Source of the DNA: Cyanobacteria bacterium P01_D01_bin.156
GTDB taxonomy: Bacteria; Cyanobacteriota; Cyanobacteriia; Phormidesmidales; Phormidesmidaceae
Length of the DNA: 64,000 nt
Direction of reading: 5' to 3'
Assembly: GCA_039024555.1 (NCBI GenBank)
Contig: JBCCQQ010000004.1
Coordinates: 64,001 to 128,000, forward strand
Part shown: piece after piece, positions 52,201-62,082 of the stretch
Numbering within the stretch: the stretch's first letter is position 1
How the letters are laid out: each line of letters begins with the position of its first letter
Made by a program: the position numbers and the translations under genes
The notes under the pieces: model-generated
What the model saw: the letters and a program-made list of their open reading frames with translations, nothing else
Databases searched by the model: none
What the model was told of the DNA's origin: nothing

Positions 52201-52533
52201 ATGGGTCTGTTTCTATCCCGTCAAAATACAGGTACTTGCTAAAGCTTGACAACACAACAGCCGTATTTATTACAGACTGCTGCGGACTTTGACATGTAGC
52301 TTAGAAACGGTCAGATACCAACAGGGATAAATAAGTTCAACTTAACTAACGTGAAATTCAAATTTTTTTGTATTTTTCCATACTATGATGAAGATATTTA
52401 GCGTGGAGCGTCAGCTGTTAAAGGTACTGAGTGCTATTCACGTTGCTTAGGGCGAAGGCTGATGATGATACTCGTCCAACCCAGGTGTCACTGTGCCTTC
52501 TTGACTGAGCGTTTGCTTAGGAGATGAAGATGT

Positions 52534-54240
52534 ATGGCTGAGCTTGAAAAGATGCGGCGGTATGATGCGGTCGCGATCGCAGACTACTACCGTTTTCGTC
52601 TGATAACCGTATTTTGGCGTGCCCTCTCCGTAGCGCTGATGCTAGGCAGCTTTGTTCTAGGGTTAGTGTTTGACCGAGTTTTAGGACAACAGCAGGCCAA
52701 TGAACCCAAACGGGCCGCTCAGTTACGCAAGATACTGACGGACCTTGGTCCCACATTTATTAAGGTAGGTCAGGCTCTCTCCACCCGTCCTGACTTGGTG
52801 AATCCTAAATTTCTAGACGAGCTCATTAAGTTACAGGATCAGCTGCCGCCTTTCGATACTTACATCGCCAATCGAATTATTGAAAAAGAATTAGGCCGTA
52901 CTGCTGACGAAGTTTATAGTTATATTTCTACTGAACCGGTTGCTGCAGCTAGCTTAGGCCAAGTGTACAAGGCCCGATTATACACAGGGGAACAGGTCGC
53001 CGTTAAGGTACAGCGACCAGGTCTAGTACCCATCATTTGCCGAGACTTGTACCTGATGCGCTGGGCCGCAGGATGGATTGCTCCCTGGCTCCCCTTAAAT
53101 TTGGGCCATGATCTAACCTTGATCGTCGATGAATTTGGCTCCAAGCTATTTGAGGAAATTGATTACCTAAACGAAGGTCGCAATGCTGAAGCCTTTGCGG
53201 CAAATTTTGCCGATGAATCTAAAGTAAAAGTCCCAGCCATTTACTGGCGCTACACCAGTACTCGGGTCCTTACTCTAGAGTGGATTGACGGCATTAAGCT
53301 CACCGATATTGAAAAGGTCAAAGCCGCTGGTCTAGATTCCGATACCCTGGTTACCATCGGCGTCTCTTCAGGACTACGGCAGCTGCTGGAGTTTGGATTC
53401 TTTCATGCCGATCCCCATCCTGGCAACCTATTCGCCCTTGCGGATGGCTCCATGGCCTACATTGATTTTGGCATGATGGACCAGCTCAGTCAGGGAATGA
53501 AAGAAACCCTGGTAGATTCAGTAGTCCATCTAATTAACCAGGAATATGACAAACTGGCTGATGACTTTGTCAAACTGGGTTTTTTAACACCGGACGTGGA
53601 TGTTAGACCCATTGTGCCAGCCTTGGAAGCTGTATTTGATGGGGCCATTGGTGAAAGCGTTGGCAACTTTAACTTTAAGAGTATTACCGATGAGTTCTCT
53701 AAGGTAATGTACGAATACCCATTTCGGGTACCGGCCAAATTTGCGCTTATTATTCGCTCTCTAGTTACCCAGGAAGGGTTAGCGCTGACCTTAAACCCTG
53801 AGTTCAAGATTGTGGAAATTGCCTATCCTTACGTAGCCCGCCGCTTACTGATGGGCGAAACCGAATCGCTACGACAACGCCTCATCGAAGTCCTGTTTAA
53901 GAATGGTCGTTTCCAGTGGCAGCGTTTAGAAAATATGATTCGCATTGCCCAGAGCGATCAGGGCTTTAACCTGATTCCAACAGCCGGTTTGGGAATGCAG
54001 TTTTTAATATCTGACGAAGGCCGTTATTTACGGCAGCAAATTTTATCTGCCTTAACGGAAGACAATCGTCTTCATACCGAAGAAGTGGCAAGACTATGGG
54101 ATTTGGTGAAAGAGGATTTACAACCTAATCAGATATTCGAAGCTGCTTGGGATGTGTTTACAGACTTTTCCAGAAATCAGGCTGCAGCTCTAGTACCAGA
54201 TCAGCTAACATCGGTTTTTTCAAATACGGCCAGCAGTTAG
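52534..54240 (+). CDS. AarF/ABC1/UbiB atypical kinase
   Basis: LGPTFIKVGQ, AAASLGQV, VAVKVQRP, HADPHPGN, DFG. Confidence 0.95.
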   Translation: MAELEKMRRYDAVAIADYYRFRLITVFWRALSVALMLGSFVLGLVFDRVLGQQQANEPKRAAQLRKILTDLGPTFIKVGQALSTRPDLVNPKFLDELIKLQDQLPPFDTYIANRIIEKELGRTADEVYSYISTEPVAAASLGQVYKARLYTGEQVAVKVQRPGLVPIICRDLYLMRWAAGWIAPWLPLNLGHDLTLIVDEFGSKLFEEIDYLNEGRNAEAFAANFADESKVKVPAIYWRYTSTRVLTLEWIDGIKLTDIEKVKAAGLDSDTLVTIGVSSGLRQLLEFGFFHADPHPGNLFALADGSMAYIDFGMMDQLSQGMKETLVDSVVHLINQEYDKLADDFVKLGFLTPDVDVRPIVPALEAVFDGAIGESVGNFNFKSITDEFSKVMYEYPFRVPAKFALIIRSLVTQEGLALTLNPEFKIVEIAYPYVARRLLMGETESLRQRLIEVLFKNGRFQWQRLENMIRIAQSDQGFNLIPTAGLGMQFLISDEGRYLRQQILSALTEDNRLHTEEVARLWDLVKEDLQPNQIFEAAWDVFTDFSRNQAAALVPDQLTSVFSNTASS

Positions 54241-54894
54241 GTGGATGCTCAGTTTCGTCTAGAGCGTTGGGAAAACCTATGCCGCAGCTTGGGAATTATT
54301 TCTGCTGCAGCCATCGAAAAAGAGTTTGAACGATTGACGATGGCCTATGGTGAACCTCACCGGGCTTACCACACGTCCCAACATATCCATGAATGCTTGA
54401 CCTTGTTGGACGAACTATTGGAGAAGTGCAAACCTCCAGATCTTCTATCGCTGGAAATGGCGCTGTGGTATCACGACCTAGTGCATCTTCCGCAGTCCTC
54501 AAAGAATGAATCAGAGAGTATGGCTCAAGCGGCTATTTTTCTGAGAGACAACGATGTTTCAACGCCCTCGATTAAAACTATCACTCGTTTGATTATGGCA
54601 ACGCGCCATTTTTCTGACTTTGGTGCCACCACAGGGCTAGAAAAGTGGATGGTAGATATCGATTTAGGTATTCTGGGAGCCCCAACTAAACGTTTTTTGC
54701 AGTACGAGCAACAAATTCGTGAAGAATATTCTTGGTTATCGCCAGATGTATACAACTCTGAAAGACGACGTGTGCTGATTACTTTTTTGGAGCGTCCCAG
54801 GTTATATCACTCCACTTTGTTTTTTGAACGTTTTGAAAAACAAGCTCAAAAAAATCTGTTGTGCTTACTGTCACAGCCAAACTTATTACCTTGA
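54241..54894 (+). CDS. HD-superfamily phosphohydrolase
   Basis: RAYHT..H, WYHD, NESES, DIDL, IREEY. Confidence 0.85.
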   Translation: MDAQFRLERWENLCRSLGIISAAAIEKEFERLTMAYGEPHRAYHTSQHIHECLTLLDELLEKCKPPDLLSLEMALWYHDLVHLPQSSKNESESMAQAAIFLRDNDVSTPSIKTITRLIMATRHFSDFGATTGLEKWMVDIDLGILGAPTKRFLQYEQQIREEYSWLSPDVYNSERRRVLITFLERPRLYHSTLFFERFEKQAQKNLLCLLSQPNLLP

Positions 54895-54998
54895 ATACCT
54901 GAGATTCACGGATGTTCCTCCTGAAAAGCCTAAATATTCGCTAAGCTAAGAACCTGTGCTCATAGGGGTAGCGGCATGATAACAGGGAGCATGAGTGA

Positions 54999-56327
54999 GT
55001 GAAAGGTTGGTTAAAGAGACGATCTTTAGTTGGGATTGTTGGTGCAACTGCGATCGCAATTCTAGGGATTGGTGCAGTTAGCCTACGGCGTGACAACCAA
55101 TACGACGTAGACGTACTGACGGTGCCTGTAGAGACCACTGAGGTCACTGTACGTATCAACGCTAGCGGTGAAGTAGAAGCCTTTCGTACCGTCAATTTGA
55201 GTCCTAAAAATGCCGGCATCTTAGATAAGTTACTAGTAGAACAGGGAGATTCCGTAGTCCAGGAGCAAATCATCGCTCGTATGGACATCGACGACTTAAA
55301 TGCTCAGCTACGCCAAAATCAAGCCAGCCTTGCTGAAGCCGAAGCCCAACTAAAGGATCTGTTGCAGGGTACCGATCGACCACAATTAGCCCAAGCAGAG
55401 GCCAATGTGGCTGCGGTACAGGCGCAGCAAGTGGAAGCTGAGTCCAGGTTACGACTGGCAGAAGGAGATTTGGCTCGAGATCGCGATCTCTACAGTCAGG
55501 GGGCCATTTCCGAACGAGAGTTAGACAATAGCCAAAATGCATTGGACAGTGCCCTAGCCAATGTTCGTCAGCTTGAGTCACGGGTAAATGAGGCTCAAGA
55601 GCGTCTGCAGGACCTAGCAGATGACCCGGACCCTGAAGATGTGGCCCAGTCCCGTGCCCGTGTGGAACGGTCACGAGGTCAGGTTGAAGCCGTCCAAACC
55701 CGTATTGAAAACACCATCATTCGTGCCCCTTTTAGCGGAGTCGTCACTCAGAAATTTGCCACCGAAGGGGCATTTGTTACCCCCACCACATCGGCCTCTG
55801 AAGCGGCATCAGCCACATCTAGCGCTATTGTTGCGATCGCTAATGGCTTAGAAATTGTTGCCGAAGTTCCCGAAGCCGATCTAGGCCAGATTCAAGTGGG
55901 ACAAAGTGTTGAAATTACCTCCACCGCTTTCCCTAACCAAGTCTTTGACGGTACAGTTCGTTTGATTGCCCCAGAAGCCATCGAACGTCAGAACGTTACA
56001 ATCTTCCAGGTGAGAATACAACTACAAACCGGATTAGAACAACTGCGCTCTAACATGAACGTGGATGTCGCTTTTTTGGGCAATCGTCTCAGTGATGCGC
56101 TAGTAATTCCTGCTGTTGCAGTCGTCACCCAGGGAGGAGAAACCGGAGTGCTCGTTCCCGATGAGAATAATCGAAATATTCGATTCCGGCCTGTTACCTT
56201 AGGCCCTCAGGTCGGGAATCAAATTCAGATTCTGGATGGAGTAACTCAAGGAGATCGCGTGTTTGTAGATTTGCCACCAGGCCAGACCCTAGATAATCTA
56301 CGATTCAACCGAGATGAGCAAAGCTAG
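54999..56327 (+). CDS. Efflux periplasmic adaptor (HlyD/MacA-like)
   Basis: N-terminal TM, lipoyl halves, long coiled coil, IRAPFSG, VPEAD. Confidence 0.92.
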   Translation: MKGWLKRRSLVGIVGATAIAILGIGAVSLRRDNQYDVDVLTVPVETTEVTVRINASGEVEAFRTVNLSPKNAGILDKLLVEQGDSVVQEQIIARMDIDDLNAQLRQNQASLAEAEAQLKDLLQGTDRPQLAQAEANVAAVQAQQVEAESRLRLAEGDLARDRDLYSQGAISERELDNSQNALDSALANVRQLESRVNEAQERLQDLADDPDPEDVAQSRARVERSRGQVEAVQTRIENTIIRAPFSGVVTQKFATEGAFVTPTTSASEAASATSSAIVAIANGLEIVAEVPEADLGQIQVGQSVEITSTAFPNQVFDGTVRLIAPEAIERQNVTIFQVRIQLQTGLEQLRSNMNVDVAFLGNRLSDALVIPAVAVVTQGGETGVLVPDENNRNIRFRPVTLGPQVGNQIQILDGVTQGDRVFVDLPPGQTLDNLRFNRDEQS

Positions 56328-56592
56328 ATATAGCTTGCGCCATTTACGTCAGGGTAGCAGTACAATTACCCTGCCTAGCAATAATCGAAATGGCGTCGCA
56401 GCCTTATCCTACCGTCGCTGGAAACTGCCATGACATCTGGCAGTCATCTTTCAACCATAAGAAAAAGGAGCAAAGACACCTGTTAAGCGTACTTTACTCC
56501 TCACTGTCACAGCAAAACTAAAAACTTGATGGGGAAATTATTCTCAATGCATTAAACCTGTATCCCCTGAGAGCTATTGCCCTTCTTGAAAA

Positions 56593-56715
56593 TTAGCAGT
56601 AGTCCGCACTGCAGCTCTGAGTCTGTCTGAGCTTATTCCACACGGACAACACCAGGCCCAGAAAAAGTGCTGTGCGCTGTGTTCTCATTGCTTTAATAGA
56701 AGATAGAACAATCAT
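56593..56715 (-). CDS. Putative 40-aa small protein
   Basis: AGGAGG 8 nt before ATG; MIVLSSIKAMRTQRTALFLGLVLSVWNKLRQTQSCSADYC. Confidence 0.45.
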   Translation of the reverse strand: MIVLSSIKAMRTQRTALFLGLVLSVWNKLRQTQSCSADYC

Positions 56716-56762
56716 GGTGAAATCCTCCTAATTCGAGTGGTAGTACTTAACTCAGATGACCG

Positions 56763-56906
56763 TTACTTTTTGCTATCGCTAGCACTTTTAAGCTCAATCA
56801 CCAGTTTGGGACTATTATCTTTCTTCTCTTTTTTCTTGGGTTTCGAAGATGTCTCAGAGACTAAGAAGAAGATAAAACAAACTACAAAGAAAGGGAAGAA
56901 GGGCAT
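56763..56906 (-). CDS. Putative 47-aa small membrane protein
   Basis: MPFFPFFVVCFIFFLVSETSSKPKKKEKKDNSPKLVIELKSASDSKK: hydrophobic anchor followed by a basic tail. Confidence 0.45.
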   Translation of the reverse strand: MPFFPFFVVCFIFFLVSETSSKPKKKEKKDNSPKLVIELKSASDSKK

Positions 56907-57284
56907 AGCACAGATCCTGAAAGGTGAGAGATTGTTAGAAAAAACATAGCCCTTGACTGAAGGAATCTATCAACTGGCGCTCTGAACAAATCAGCTAGCC
57001 GCGTAATAAAGTCAGCCAAATAACTGATGTTTTATCCAACAATCACAGAATATCGAAGCTGCCCTATCAATACAATTTGCTTTTTTACAGACCTCTGTTA
57101 GCTTTTCTGTAGCATCCTTATAACTTCTCGCTAAATACCCTTTGTAGTTTTGTTTAATACTGCAAGTACTTTAATGACAAAATGCCCTGATCCTTTCAAA
57201 ATCACAATGTCCGTGTGATCTAAATCATTTTGCAATAGCCCCAAATTACGAATCGAGGACTCCAAATGATGGGACCATACTACG

Positions 57285-57332
57285 AAGCCACGAGCGCAGT
57301 AAGTTCATATGAACTTACTGCGCTCGTGGCTT
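57285..57332. terminator. Perfect 48-bp palindrome just downstream of the small peptide gene
   Basis: AAGCCACGAGCGCAGTAAGTTCAT|ATGAACTTACTGCGCTCGTGGCTT. Confidence 0.55.
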
Positions 57333-57355
57333 TTAAACTTTCCATGTAGAAAGTT

Positions 57356-57547
57356 TTAACGACTAGAACTACCCGTTCTACCAGTTGTCCGATTTGGATC
57401 CGGTGGTGGGGGTTCAAAGCCAGCAACAGCAGAGCTACCCATCACAGAAATAATCGGCATCGAAATTAAAACAGCTATGACTAAACGGAGCCATAGTTGC
57501 CTTGTCACTTTTAATGTAGACGTTTTAATCACCTCCTTTATTAACAT
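57356..57547 (-). CDS. Small secreted peptide precursor (signal peptide plus ~21-aa mature peptide)
   Basis: Basic n-region, hydrophobic h-region, AVA cleavage motif, then GFEPPPPDPNRTTGRTGSSSR-stop; start uncertain (57556, 57547 or later). Confidence 0.7.
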   Translation of the reverse strand: MLIKEVIKTSTLKVTRQLWLRLVIAVLISMPIISVMGSSAVAGFEPPPPDPNRTTGRTGSSSR

Positions 57548-57677
57548 AAGTGACACCTGTAAGTCCCCATATAATGTCGTAGAGTCAAGGGGTAAAGTTT
57601 AGAAACCATAGCTCGTTTACCTTAATCTTTATATGCCCAGTACAGCTGCAAAATAGAAGCTTAAAAGCAGCTTTTTA

Positions 57678-59639
57678 TTACGTCGATAAGGGAAACGTCA
57701 ACTGACAGAAAAATCCTTTTGGCTTGTTTGGTCGCCGTACAAACGTCCCCTTCGTTAGCTTTTCAATTTCTTGACCAATGCGTGTACCTTCACCGCTGCC
57801 AGCTTCATGCATATCCACTCCAGGGCCATTGTCAGCCACCGTTATCTCATAGTGTTCATCTTTGTGTTTTCCAGTCACCACTAGCTGTGTAGCTCCAACG
57901 GCGTGTTTGCCAACGTTCCCTAGGGCTTCCTCCACAAATCGACATAGCTTACGCTTAACTTCAACGTTTAAGATGTCTGATTCGAGCGGATCAAAAGAAA
58001 TAATTGTGAATTTAAGGCTTGAAAAGCCCAACAAGGGCCTTGATAGCATGGCATCGTACACCTCCTGAAAAAGTTCGTGTAGAGGAATATCTAAGTCAAA
58101 CTTGGTGCCCGCATAGCTAACATCTAGGCTATTTTTTCGAGCCACTACATCCTCCTTGATCGAATCCCCAATGTATCGAATCTCTCGATTGAGATCTTCT
58201 AGCCCTAGGCAGATATCCGGTATATTAATCGTTTCGTCACGGGTGCGTCTAAGCAAGTTGGCCAGAGTTTGAAGCGGCCCATTGTGAATGGAGTCAAATA
58301 CGTTTTCAATCGTTTTTTGCCGTGCAAAGGCTAACTTTTCAGAAACGTGGCGTTCCTTTTCTAGAGCCAGATTACGCTGTTCAATTAGCTTGGCCCAGCG
58401 GCGTTCGTTTTGAGCATAGTTGATATAGATCAAACCATTGGCCGTTATAGAGACCAATGTTACGGCCAGCGGTAACCATAGGCCAACTTGCAACAGTAAA
58501 ATATAGCTAACAACAATGCTTGAACCAGCAATTAGTGATAATCGGACAAAACCGCTAATCACCCCCTGAGAAAAGCGACTGGCGATAATACTGAGAATTG
58601 AAAAAGAGATTAAGAATATTAGTTGAGCAATTCCACTAGTCCAAAGTAACGGTTGTTGCTTTTCGACTGCCTTAATAATTTGACTGATCGTGTAGGCTTG
58701 AATTTCTGCGCCACTGGCCAGCTGCTTATTATTTACAACACGATTAAAAACGGTTAGCGGTATTTGGTTTCCTTGAAGCGGATCTACCAAACTAACAATG
58801 ACAATTTTATCTTTAATTCGCTCGTCTTCTTGTCTTTGGGACGTTAGTAAATCTGTTCTACCGATTAGGTTAAAAGGTTTAACTTGCCCCCGATAGTTAA
58901 TCAAAGCCTGAATATCGGATTCATCATTGTTGACATATCCGTAGGCAGATTTAATCCTAGGAATCTCAACCGGTCCGAATCGCATTGCGAGCTCATCCTG
59001 AATACCATTCTCTAGCTCAAGATCTTGATTGCTGAAGCGCTCACTTTTGAAATAGCTTTGAATAATTTGGATAGCAAAAGACGTCTCAAATTCATCATCA
59101 GTGTTATAAGAACCTAACAAAGCTCGACGAACTGTACCATCACGATCAAGCGACAGGTCGTTAAACCCAACTTGTTGATTGAGTTGAGTTTGAGAGAGTT
59201 TTGGCAACGGTTCTACGGGATTAGAAAGAATCCGCTCTACCAAAATTAAATTAGAATTCCTTCTAATAAGCGGCAACAGAGTTTTATCTAGGTCCCCTGT
59301 AATTCGATGAGATAAAATATCGATACCGACAACAGCCGGCTCGTTTTCGAAGATATTCTCTAGAATCTCAGTCAACTCCGCTGCATCAATGGTATCGATG
59401 GTCTCATCTGTATCGTTAGTCTCCTCAGTAGATAGAGAATCAATTCCAACAATTGTGATCGGCTTATCACCAGTTTGAAACGATAGCTGAGTCGCCAGCA
59501 ACCGGTCCAAGGCCATGAGTTCAACAACCTGGAATGCCCCGAGAGAACGTGCACCTATCACAGAAGCCACGATACCCAGACCCCAAAGACCAGTTTTGAG
59601 TCGCTCTAAAGACTTCTCCCAACGGCTTTGGTCTTCCAT
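57678..59639 (-). CDS. CHASE2-sensor histidine kinase (HisKA_3-like)
   Basis: TM, CHASE2 (VVGIDI, VGFNDL..D.DG.VRR, LINYRG, SGAEIQA), three TM segments; H-box DSIHNGPLQ, N-box EEALGNVGKHA, DNGPG, GEGT. Confidence 0.9.
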   Translation of the reverse strand: MEDQSRWEKSLERLKTGLWGLGIVASVIGARSLGAFQVVELMALDRLLATQLSFQTGDKPITIVGIDSLSTEETNDTDETIDTIDAAELTEILENIFENEPAVVGIDILSHRITGDLDKTLLPLIRRNSNLILVERILSNPVEPLPKLSQTQLNQQVGFNDLSLDRDGTVRRALLGSYNTDDEFETSFAIQIIQSYFKSERFSNQDLELENGIQDELAMRFGPVEIPRIKSAYGYVNNDESDIQALINYRGQVKPFNLIGRTDLLTSQRQEDERIKDKIVIVSLVDPLQGNQIPLTVFNRVVNNKQLASGAEIQAYTISQIIKAVEKQQPLLWTSGIAQLIFLISFSILSIIASRFSQGVISGFVRLSLIAGSSIVVSYILLLQVGLWLPLAVTLVSITANGLIYINYAQNERRWAKLIEQRNLALEKERHVSEKLAFARQKTIENVFDSIHNGPLQTLANLLRRTRDETINIPDICLGLEDLNREIRYIGDSIKEDVVARKNSLDVSYAGTKFDLDIPLHELFQEVYDAMLSRPLLGFSSLKFTIISFDPLESDILNVEVKRKLCRFVEEALGNVGKHAVGATQLVVTGKHKDEHYEITVADNGPGVDMHEAGSGEGTRIGQEIEKLTKGTFVRRPNKPKGFFCQLTFPLST

Positions 59640-60328
59640 TAGTCCAATAGACCCCGCTCGCGGGCACGGATTTCAGTCAGACTGCGTAGATTTTTGCCTT
59701 CCTTTTTGTCTAGTTCAGGATCTATTTCTAGAACATCGTAGAGTTTGTTCCAGTAGTGGCGAATAGTACTAGGCTGCACATTCAATTCTTGAGCAATAGC
59801 CTTGTCCTGCAATCCTTCGTAAAATGCCAGGGTCAGGACTTGAAGCCATTCAGGTTTGAGTTCAATTCCTGCCTGAAGAGCTTTAATACCTCGGGTATGG
59901 CTAAAGCCTTTGAGGGCACCATCGATACGCTGAAAAATATCCTGGCTCGACATGCTCTTGTCAACAATCGTAAATCCGCCCTGGTGGCTATCAATTTCTG
60001 AACGCACGCGCACCAGTGCCTTAATGTAGGTGCTTTGAATGGCAATATTTTGCTCAGGGTAATTTTTCATTACCTGTCTGAGCAACTCAATGCCTGTTTC
60101 CACTTTGGCATCTTCTTGATATGCCTCAGGTATGGACAGGTCTAAGATTGCTAAATCAAGGTTGTAAGTTGCTAAATGTTCTAACGCTTCCTGAGCAGTC
60201 TTTGCAGTTACAAGATCGTAGGTGGGATAATGCTGTCGCAGGATGTCGATGGTACCGCTCAGTACAACTTGATGATCATCGACAATTAGAATTTTGCCGG
60301 TAGGTGCTTCACTAGATGAGGGGCCCAT
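59639..60328 (-). CDS. NarL/LuxR-type response regulator
   Basis: ILIVDDH, LDLSIP (phospho-Asp), C-terminal HTH GLQDKAIAQELNV..STIRHY; TAATG overlap with the kinase. Confidence 0.92.
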   Translation of the reverse strand: MGPSSSEAPTGKILIVDDHQVVLSGTIDILRQHYPTYDLVTAKTAQEALEHLATYNLDLAILDLSIPEAYQEDAKVETGIELLRQVMKNYPEQNIAIQSTYIKALVRVRSEIDSHQGGFTIVDKSMSSQDIFQRIDGALKGFSHTRGIKALQAGIELKPEWLQVLTLAFYEGLQDKAIAQELNVQPSTIRHYWNKLYDVLEIDPELDKKEGKNLRSLTEIRARERGLLD

Positions 60329-60554
60329 AGGTTCATGTTCACTATCATTCGCTGGTGTAGATGCTAAAGCATAATGGTCAGTTGCCCCAGATGTTTAAAA
60401 CTCGCCTTTAACGAGTTAGATGCACAAAGCGTTAAAGCATTTCGTTGATCCCGCAAAAAATGTTCTAGTAAGAGTAGAGAACCTTTCAGAGGATATACCT
60501 ACACTAAAGTCGAATCTTAGTTCTCGACAATAAGCAAAGCCAGAAACCTAGTGC

Positions 60555-60605
60555 AAAAAAATTGCCAGGCCACTTTGTAGTTTTCTACAAAGTGGCCTGG
60601 CAATT
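60555..60605 (-). terminator. Strong terminator
   Basis: 21-bp perfect stem AATTGCCAGGCCACTTTGTAG, 4-nt loop, T7 run on the minus strand. Confidence 0.8.
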
Positions 60606-60641
60606 CAGCAAATCAAGCCTCAGTTGAGCAGAATGCTTAGT

Positions 60642-61634
60642 CTAACTGTCCACCTCCCCTTCGAAAAGAGTATCTAGAGGCATTGCAGTGATATTCAAAT
60701 GTTCTGTCAAATACCGCGACAGTACATCATTCTGCCCATGGGTCACATAGACTGTCTGTGCTTTAGTCTCTTGCACAGTTTTGATTAAACTGGGCCAGTC
60801 TGCATGATCCGACAACACAAAGCCTCGCTCATAGCCTCGTCGCCGCCGTGCGCCCCGTACGGCCATCCAACCTGACGCAAAGGCTGTCTGCGGTCGCTTA
60901 AATCGTTTCATCCAAGAAGAACGATGCCCCGATGGAGGCGCAATGACTAAATCTCCTTGAAATTTGTAAGATTTTTCTGTTTGGCTAGTGGGTATCGTTG
61001 GTAGCATATTCACCCCCACCTGACGATAAATCTCTGTCAGGGCCTGCACTGCACCATGGACATAGACTGTTTTATCTGTGAACTGGGTGAGTTCTGCCAA
61101 CACTCGCTGGGCCTTACCAAAGGAATAACAAAATAAGAGTGAAGGTCGTTCTAAATCACTTTGCCACCAGTGATAGATTTGTTCAGCTGTTTTTGCCCCT
61201 GACTGCCAACGATAGATGGGTAACCCAAAGGTGGCTTCGGTAATATAGGTGCCACACTCCACGACTTCAAAGGGTTCACAGGTTGGATCGTTACAGCGTT
61301 TATAGTCCCCTGAGACACACCACACGTCATCCTTGTATTCCACACGGATCTGGGCAGATCCTAGAACATGTCCTGCTGAGTGAAAAGATACCCAGGTGTT
61401 GCCTAGCTTAATTTTGTTGCCATACTGTATCAAGTTTAGGTCAATATCTTTGCCCAGTCGTTTGCGCAGAATACCTTCTGAGATGTCGATGGCGTAGTAA
61501 TGCTCAGAGCCAGAGCGGGCATGGTCCGAGTGAGCATGAGTAATGAGTGCGGTCTCTACTTTACGCCACGGGTCAATGTAAAAACCACCTTGCTCACAGT
61601 ACAACCCTTCAGGCCGGACGCTAATTAGAGACAT
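60642..61634 (-). CDS. Ligase-associated DNA damage response exonuclease (MBL/beta-CASP fold)
   Basis: THAHSDH, AGHVLGS, SGDYK, TEATFGLP, ASGWM, LSDHADW, VTHG. Confidence 0.9.
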   Translation of the reverse strand: MSLISVRPEGLYCEQGGFYIDPWRKVETALITHAHSDHARSGSEHYYAIDISEGILRKRLGKDIDLNLIQYGNKIKLGNTWVSFHSAGHVLGSAQIRVEYKDDVWCVSGDYKRCNDPTCEPFEVVECGTYITEATFGLPIYRWQSGAKTAEQIYHWWQSDLERPSLLFCYSFGKAQRVLAELTQFTDKTVYVHGAVQALTEIYRQVGVNMLPTIPTSQTEKSYKFQGDLVIAPPSGHRSSWMKRFKRPQTAFASGWMAVRGARRRRGYERGFVLSDHADWPSLIKTVQETKAQTVYVTHGQNDVLSRYLTEHLNITAMPLDTLFEGEVDS

Positions 61635-62082
61635 ACTGATTTAGTAAGTGGGCATTTTCATCAATTCTATTTAGGGAAAGTCGGTCTAAAGAGAGTTTAC
61701 GCAGGTTGTTTCTAACTGTGAGAAGATTTCGCCCAGATACATAATTTAGAGGCATTGCCAACTAAGGGCAATAAAGAACGGTTTTATTGGGAAAATTTAA
61801 CCCACTAGCCCAATTCCTCAGTCTATTGCCCCTCACTTAGCAAATCAAGTTGTCTGCTGTCCCATTTCCATGAAAGCTATAGATGGATTTAATCGATTTT
61901 ATTTAGCAATCTAGGTCAATATCAAGAGATGTACCCTCTGTTTTACGGGCATGGGGTCCTATCTACAGTGATTCGCTAAAGTTATTTGGTGAGTTGCGCT
62001 GCACATAGCTTTGTAATTCGAGGGTTCTAGCAATCAAATTGCCATAAGCTGTGAGCACCAAGTTATACATTCCAGGGGCTCT

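Noticed and set aside
54999..56327. Adaptor as the dedicated exporter of the peptide
   Set aside because: Convergent and a common cyanobacterial gene; the peptide has a Sec-type signal, not a double-glycine leader
56737..56949. Plus-strand 70-aa ORF
   Set aside because: No RBS seen; it is antisense to the preferred minus-strand small ORF, though it cannot be fully excluded
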